Of a stretch of 40,000 bases of DNA, positions 35,319 to 40,000 are shown one piece after another. The notes beneath the pieces are model-generated. The model did no database searches, had not been told where the DNA came from, and saw only the letters and a program-made list of their open reading frames with translations. The translations under genes and the position numbers were made by a program. The DNA lies in the NCBI GenBank assembly GCA_002813895.1, contig CP024912.1, positions 2,595,836 to 2,635,835 of the forward strand, written 5' to 3'. The first letter of the stretch is position 1. Every line of letters starts with the position of its first letter. This stretch comes from Cyanobacterium sp. HL-69 (GTDB taxonomy: Bacteria > Cyanobacteriota > Cyanobacteriia > Cyanobacteriales > Cyanobacteriaceae).

Positions 35319-36128
35319 ATGCCGATCGCTCCTTATTTGGTAAATTTAATAGTATTCGTATTAGGTGCTTGTATTGGTAGTTTTCTAAACGTAGTCATAT
35401 ATCGCCTCCCTGCCAAAATTTCCCTAATTCATCCCCCCTCCCGTTGCCCCCATTGTTTGCATCCCCTCGGAATAACGGAAAATGTACCTGTATTTGGTTG
35501 GTTATGGTTAGGGGGAAAATGTCGTTGGTGCAAAACTCCCATTTCTTTTCGCTATCCATTGGTTGAGGCGATAACGGGGTTATTATTTGTATTTATCTTT
35601 TTACAATTTGGTATCTCTTGGCTGACGTTAGGTTATTTCATCTTTGTCAGTTGGTTAATTTCCCTTGCCCTTATCGATTTCGATACTTTAACTTTGCCCA
35701 ATGTTTTAACCCAAACGGGGCTGGTGGTGGGTTTAATTTTTCAAACTGCTTTGGGATTTCTTCATAATGGCATTGCGGGGGCTAGTCAATTTTTGTTCAC
35801 TGCCATTTTAAGTGCGGTAATTGGTATCTGGTTATTTGATGCCATTTTAATTGTGGGTACTTTTGTTTTTGGTAAACCTGCCATGGGAGGAGGAGATCCC
35901 AAATTAGTGGCGATGATTGGGGTATGGTTAGGATGGCAAAATGTTCTTATAACGGGCTTTCTGGCTTGTTTAGTGGGTACTTTTTTCGGACTAAGTGCGA
36001 TCGCCCTTGGAGGTTTAAAGAAAGGGCAACCCATGCCTTTTGGCCCTTTTTTGGTAGTAGGTGCCATTATTACCTTGTTTTATGGTGACGGGTTACTTTC
36101 GGCTTACCTCGATTATATGTTCAATTAA
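35319..36128 (+). CDS. pilD: Prepilin peptidase / N-methyltransferase (A24 family)
   Basis: CPHC...CRWC zinc-type cysteine pairs, multiple TM segments, the GGGDPKL catalytic Asp motif and an earlier LIDFD. Confidence 0.9.
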   Translation: MPIAPYLVNLIVFVLGACIGSFLNVVIYRLPAKISLIHPPSRCPHCLHPLGITENVPVFGWLWLGGKCRWCKTPISFRYPLVEAITGLLFVFIFLQFGISWLTLGYFIFVSWLISLALIDFDTLTLPNVLTQTGLVVGLIFQTALGFLHNGIAGASQFLFTAILSAVIGIWLFDAILIVGTFVFGKPAMGGGDPKLVAMIGVWLGWQNVLITGFLACLVGTFFGLSAIALGGLKKGQPMPFGPFLVVGAIITLFYGDGLLSAYLDYMFN

Positions 36129-36168
36129 TTGGCGTTGGTGAATTAAGGTATGATTTTTAGTTTAGTTT

Positions 36169-36206
36169 GGCAACAGGGAATGGGCAATGGGCAATAGTAA
36201 TAATAG
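36169..36206. repeat. Dispersed C-rich short repeat, copy 3 (inverted: GGCAACAGGGAATGGGCAATGGGCAATAGTAATAATAG)
   Basis: The reverse complement CTATTATTACTATTGCCCATTGCCCATTCCCTGTTGCC aligns with copy 2 over most positions, with short gaps (aligned by eye, identity not computed). Lies between convergent pilD and menF. Confidence 0.7.
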
Positions 36207-36276
36207 TTTTAATACTATATATTTACTGTAATTCAATAATGTTTCATACTCAAAATCAGCAATGCCAATTAATTTA

Positions 36277-37710
36277 CTACACCAAGGCTTGTAGAAGAGC
36301 TTGAAATTTAAGCTCAATTTCCGTTAACTCCTGCTCTGGTTTTGAACCTGCGACAATTCCAGCCCCAGCATATAATCTAGCACGATTACCTTGAATGAGT
36401 GCCGAGCGAATACCGACAATAAACTCACAATTACCATTAGTATCTAACCAGCCAATGGGGGCAGCATACAAAGAGCGATCAAAATTTTCATAGTTTTCAA
36501 TCTCTGCACAGGCTATATCGATGGGGACACCTGCCACAGCGGGGGTAGGGTGCAACTGGGCAATAATTTCCAGTGGATTACGCTCTTCTATGATTTCAGC
36601 ATAAATGGGTGTCCAAAGATGTTGAATGTTGGATAGTTTTAATAGTTGTAGTGATGCTCTTTTGGGGCTTAAACCCATGATAGAGAGTTTCTCAAAAATA
36701 TAGTCACTCACAAACTGATGTTCTCTTTTTTCTTTTTCACTATGGAGCAGATTTTCCCCCAATAAACTATCATCATAATCGCTTTTGCCCCTTGGTGCTG
36801 AACCTGCAAGGGCATCGGTTACTAATTGTCTATCTTGTATAGATAATAGTCTTTCTGGACTTGCCCCAAGGAAAAATTCTTCTTTTTCGTTACCGACACA
36901 GAAGATGTAACAGTCGGGGTGATTGTCTCGGAGGTTGGTTAAGGATTTGGTGATGTTGAAGTTGTCTTCTAATTTTATTTCTAGGGCATGGGCGACAACA
37001 ATTTTAGTTAGTTTTTCCGAGGCGATCGCCTTTAGGCTATGATTAACTTTATCGGTAAAATTATGATAGTCAGATTTTTCTAAGGTATAACGACAAGGGG
37101 TACATTGAGAATGGTGAACTCGATGATAATAATGTAGTATATTTTGACTAAAGTCTTGTTTTAAATATTGCTTAATTAAGTTTAGCTCAGGGGCATTTTT
37201 TTGATAAAAAGTATTAACAATTACTAGATAACTATTAGCCTTTTTTACTAACTGTATATAAGGAATGAATATTTTGGCTTGGGGAAAAGCCTGATAACTA
37301 TCTGAACTATGTTCAAGAAAATTGAAAGAAGAGAAAAAGTAAGGAATTTTTTGACTATCTAGGTTATCTTCAAAGATTATTTTACCCTTACTATCTTCTA
37401 TAAAATTTTGGCATTGCTCAAAGCGATTATAACCCCCATTCACCTCCCCACCTTCATTTTTTACCTCTAAACTTTTTATCGCCCCAATAGCAACAACAGC
37501 CTCTTGTTTTCTTTGATTTTCACAGTAGAAAGACACTTGATTTTCTGGTTTTAACATGGCAAGAAAAACCAATAAATCCATAGGACTTATTTCCTGAGAA
37601 ATAGATACAATTTGTGCGTCATTATCTGTGACAGGGTGGGATAAAAAAATTAATTCTTTGAGTTTTTGAGAGTAATCGGTTAAAAAATGGTTATCGGGAA
37701 TGACCGGCAT
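36277..37710 (-). CDS. menF: Isochorismate synthase (phylloquinone pathway)
   Basis: Chorismate-binding C-domain motifs GSAPRGK, LHPTPAVAGVP and GAGIVAGSKPEQE. Divergent from menA. Confidence 0.85.
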   Translation of the reverse strand: MPVIPDNHFLTDYSQKLKELIFLSHPVTDNDAQIVSISQEISPMDLLVFLAMLKPENQVSFYCENQRKQEAVVAIGAIKSLEVKNEGGEVNGGYNRFEQCQNFIEDSKGKIIFEDNLDSQKIPYFFSSFNFLEHSSDSYQAFPQAKIFIPYIQLVKKANSYLVIVNTFYQKNAPELNLIKQYLKQDFSQNILHYYHRVHHSQCTPCRYTLEKSDYHNFTDKVNHSLKAIASEKLTKIVVAHALEIKLEDNFNITKSLTNLRDNHPDCYIFCVGNEKEEFFLGASPERLLSIQDRQLVTDALAGSAPRGKSDYDDSLLGENLLHSEKEKREHQFVSDYIFEKLSIMGLSPKRASLQLLKLSNIQHLWTPIYAEIIEERNPLEIIAQLHPTPAVAGVPIDIACAEIENYENFDRSLYAAPIGWLDTNGNCEFIVGIRSALIQGNRARLYAGAGIVAGSKPEQELTEIELKFQALLQALV

Positions 37711-37887
37711 AACACTTAAAATTATAAATATTTATATTAAATTGTTAACCTCAGAGGATAACTGATGGTATCTATAGAAATGTTAACTAAAATCTGGTTT
37801 TAATCATATGCCCCACCTTGGCGGAGATTAATAACTGTAACAAAACCAATCTTTAATCATTGTCTATTTTATCGAATATAAGTAACC

Positions 37888-38802
37888 ATGACGATTACTA
37901 ATCCTATCACCGGGCCTGAGCAACATAAAAAAAGGAAGCTATGGTTAGCGGCGATTAAGCCTCCTATGTACACTGTCGCTGTCATTCCTATCAGTTTTGG
38001 TACTGCTTTGGCTTACTATGCCACGGGTACTATTAATCTTTCTATTTATATCACTTTTTTGTTAAGTGCGATCGCCATTATTGCTTGGTTAAATCTCACT
38101 AACGATGTTTTTGATGCTGACACGGGCATTGACGTTAATAAACATCACTCGGTAGTCAATCTCACGGGGAATAAAACCCTTGTCTTTTGGATTGCTAACA
38201 TTATTTTACTCCTTGGTTTGGGAGGTATTTTCCTTATCAACTGGTGGCAACAAGATTGGACGGTATTATGGCTTATCCTTGTGAGTTGTTTCTTGGGTTA
38301 CACCTACCAAGGGCCTCCCTTTCGTCTTGGTTATCAAGGGTTAGGGGAAATTATCTGTTTTTTTACTTTTGGACCAATGGCGATCGCATCTGCCTATTAT
38401 AGTCAAAATCAGTCATTTTATTTTAATTCTTTAGTTATTTCCAGTATTATTGGCATTTCTACCTCTATTATTCTTTTTTGCTCCCATTTTCACCAAGTAG
38501 AAGATGATTTAAAAGCAGGTAAAAAATCCCCTATCGTGCGCCTCGGCACAAAAACAGGGGCAAATGTGCTAATAATTTCCGTTGCCCTCGTTTATCTTCT
38601 AAGTACAATTTTCGTATTTACGGGGCAATTACCCCAACAATGTTTATTAATTTGGTTTAGTTTTCCCGTTGCCTATCAATTAATTAACCATGTCAATCAA
38701 TATCACGCTCAACCAGAAAAAATTAAAAACAGTAAATTTATTGCTGTTAATTTCCATTTTCTTAGTGGTTTATTATTGTGTTTAGGACTGTGTTTCTCTT
38801 AA
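37888..38802 (+). CDS. menA: 1,4-dihydroxy-2-naphthoate phytyltransferase (UbiA family)
   Basis: Polytopic membrane protein with NDVFDADTGID (NDxxDxxxD prenyl-diphosphate motif). Paired with menF. Confidence 0.85.
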   Translation: MTITNPITGPEQHKKRKLWLAAIKPPMYTVAVIPISFGTALAYYATGTINLSIYITFLLSAIAIIAWLNLTNDVFDADTGIDVNKHHSVVNLTGNKTLVFWIANIILLLGLGGIFLINWWQQDWTVLWLILVSCFLGYTYQGPPFRLGYQGLGEIICFFTFGPMAIASAYYSQNQSFYFNSLVISSIIGISTSIILFCSHFHQVEDDLKAGKKSPIVRLGTKTGANVLIISVALVYLLSTIFVFTGQLPQQCLLIWFSFPVAYQLINHVNQYHAQPEKIKNSKFIAVNFHFLSGLLLCLGLCFS

Positions 38803-38966
38803 ACAACAGGGGTAATAGTATATAATTTAAAAGGAAATATTTTCTATTTATTGAACTTTTTATTACTATCAACATTAGGTATTGACATCATAAAAATTAT
38901 TACCTAATTCCCATTTCTAATCTTAAAGATTATCTGTTTTATTAAGCCCTAAATAAACTAAAAAAA

Positions 38967-40000
38967 ATGGCATCATTCAAAGACTTAATAGGGTATTACG
39001 ACAAATATAAATTAACAGTATTTTTTAGTATTGGTGCATCAGGACTATTTGAAATAATAGATCTTTTAGTACCCTATTTAATAGGTCAAATATTAAACGT
39101 TATATCAGGGAATGAAGTAGATGTTTTTTTACAAAAAATTATTACCTCTATTGCCACATTCTTAAATTTATCAAATCAACCTCAAACCATTAACCTGATA
39201 GTATTGTGTGGGTTTATTTTCGTGATAGCTGTGGCTAGGGCGCCCATACAGCCTTGGATTGGCTCTTGGTATCACTGGGAAATTACTTTAAAATCAAGAA
39301 GAGACTATTCCCAAAAAGTTATCGAAAAAATTCTCACCCTACCCCTCGGATTTTATGATGAAAATAACCCAGGTAGGATAGCGGGGAGAATAGCGAGGGG
39401 AATTTCTAACCATACTTGGACATATCCAGAAATTGCGGGGCAATTTATTCCAAAACTCATTAGGGTATTCGGTATTTTTATTATTATTTTACTGATAGAA
39501 AAATGGTTGGCAGTGGGTTTTATTGTCTCTTTTTCTTTGATTTTAGTTCTCACTTTTTTCCATCTCAAAAAGTTGATTATTCAAGAGCAAAAATTAGATG
39601 CTCATCAGGAAAATACTGAAAGTAGAACATCAGAAATAATTACTAACATTAAAACTGTTAAGGCTTTTGCCACCGAATCAAGGGAATTGGCAAGGCAAAA
39701 TAAACGCTTTAACCGTGAATATAAAGTAGTTATCAATCGAATCCATCTAGGTTACGTAAAATTAGCCACATGGAATCGCACAGTGGTGCAACTATCTCTG
39801 TTTCTCGTCTTTTTAGGGGTACTGATTCCTACTTTTAGGGGGGAAATGTCTTTAGGACATTTTATCACCACCTACACCCTTGCCAGTATGGCTTATGCGG
39901 AATTAGAGCCTTTGAGTAATTTGGCGGAGGTATTTGCCCGTCGTTATGCGTCCATGATTCGTTTCCATGAGTTTCTGAATCTACCTGCGGGGCAGGATGC
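38967..40000 (+). CDS. ABC exporter (type 1 transmembrane domain), 3' end outside the window
   Basis: ATG 38967 opens a frame with no stop to nt 40000 (checked codon by codon). The sequence MASFKDLIGYYDKYK...GFYDENNPGRIAGRIARGISN...TNIKTVKAFATE is typical of the ABC_membrane domain. Not in the ORF track because it has no stop codon. Confidence 0.8.
   Translation, partial: MASFKDLIGYYDKYKLTVFFSIGASGLFEIIDLLVPYLIGQILNVISGNEVDVFLQKIITSIATFLNLSNQPQTINLIVLCGFIFVIAVARAPIQPWIGSWYHWEITLKSRRDYSQKVIEKILTLPLGFYDENNPGRIAGRIARGISNHTWTYPEIAGQFIPKLIRVFGIFIIILLIEKWLAVGFIVSFSLILVLTFFHLKKLIIQEQKLDAHQENTESRTSEIITNIKTVKAFATESRELARQNKRFNREYKVVINRIHLGYVKLATWNRTVVQLSLFLVFLGVLIPTFRGEMSLGHFITTYTLASMAYAELEPLSNLAEVFARRYASMIRFHEFLNLPAGQD

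Noticed and set aside
39353-39568. 71-aa minus-strand ORF
   Set aside because: It lies antisense within the well-supported partial ABC exporter frame (38967..40000) and has no motifs.

Overview
AT-rich cyanobacterial chromosomal segment. By manual scan the HIP1 octamer GCGATCGC occurs 28 times, including inside the cas genes. 1-6.7 kb is mostly housekeeping: a methyltransferase-HIT fusion running off the left edge, a CsgG-like protein, ftsH, a small membrane protein, an RHH/coiled-coil protein and a lambda-type lysozyme. 6.7-11.9 kb (minus strand) is a four-gene mycosporine-like amino acid (MAA) sunscreen cluster in the order mysA-mysB-mysD-mysC. Then come an SNF2-family helicase and an ABC exporter. 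17.6-31.9 kb is a complete type I-D CRISPR-Cas locus. A WYL regulator sits on the plus strand; the rest is on the minus strand in the order mnt-hepT, cas3', cas10d, a Cas11d-like ORF, csc2/cas7d, csc1/cas5d, two inserted PD-(D/E)XK nuclease genes, cas6, cas4, cas1, cas2, leader and an 8-repeat array. The array repeat ends in the ATTGAAAC handle. 31.9-40 kb holds a cysteine desulfurase, rpmF (missed by the ORF track), a membrane protein, an LCP protein, pilD, divergent menF/menA and a 3'-truncated ABC exporter. I cannot demonstrate a wholly new system from sequence alone. The best leads are all inside the I-D locus: (1) two nuclease genes embedded in the Cascade operon; (2) a +1 frame break in cas10d at the Cas11d junction; (3) an orphan inverted half-repeat abutting the cas3' stop; (4) a hepT toxin carrying an in-frame amber codon and a catalytic His->Tyr change, 12 nt upstream of cas3'; (5) paired TGTCCGTA boxes between the WYL regulator gene and the mnt-hepT-cas operon. 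All homology calls rest on motifs I recognised by eye, not on database searches.
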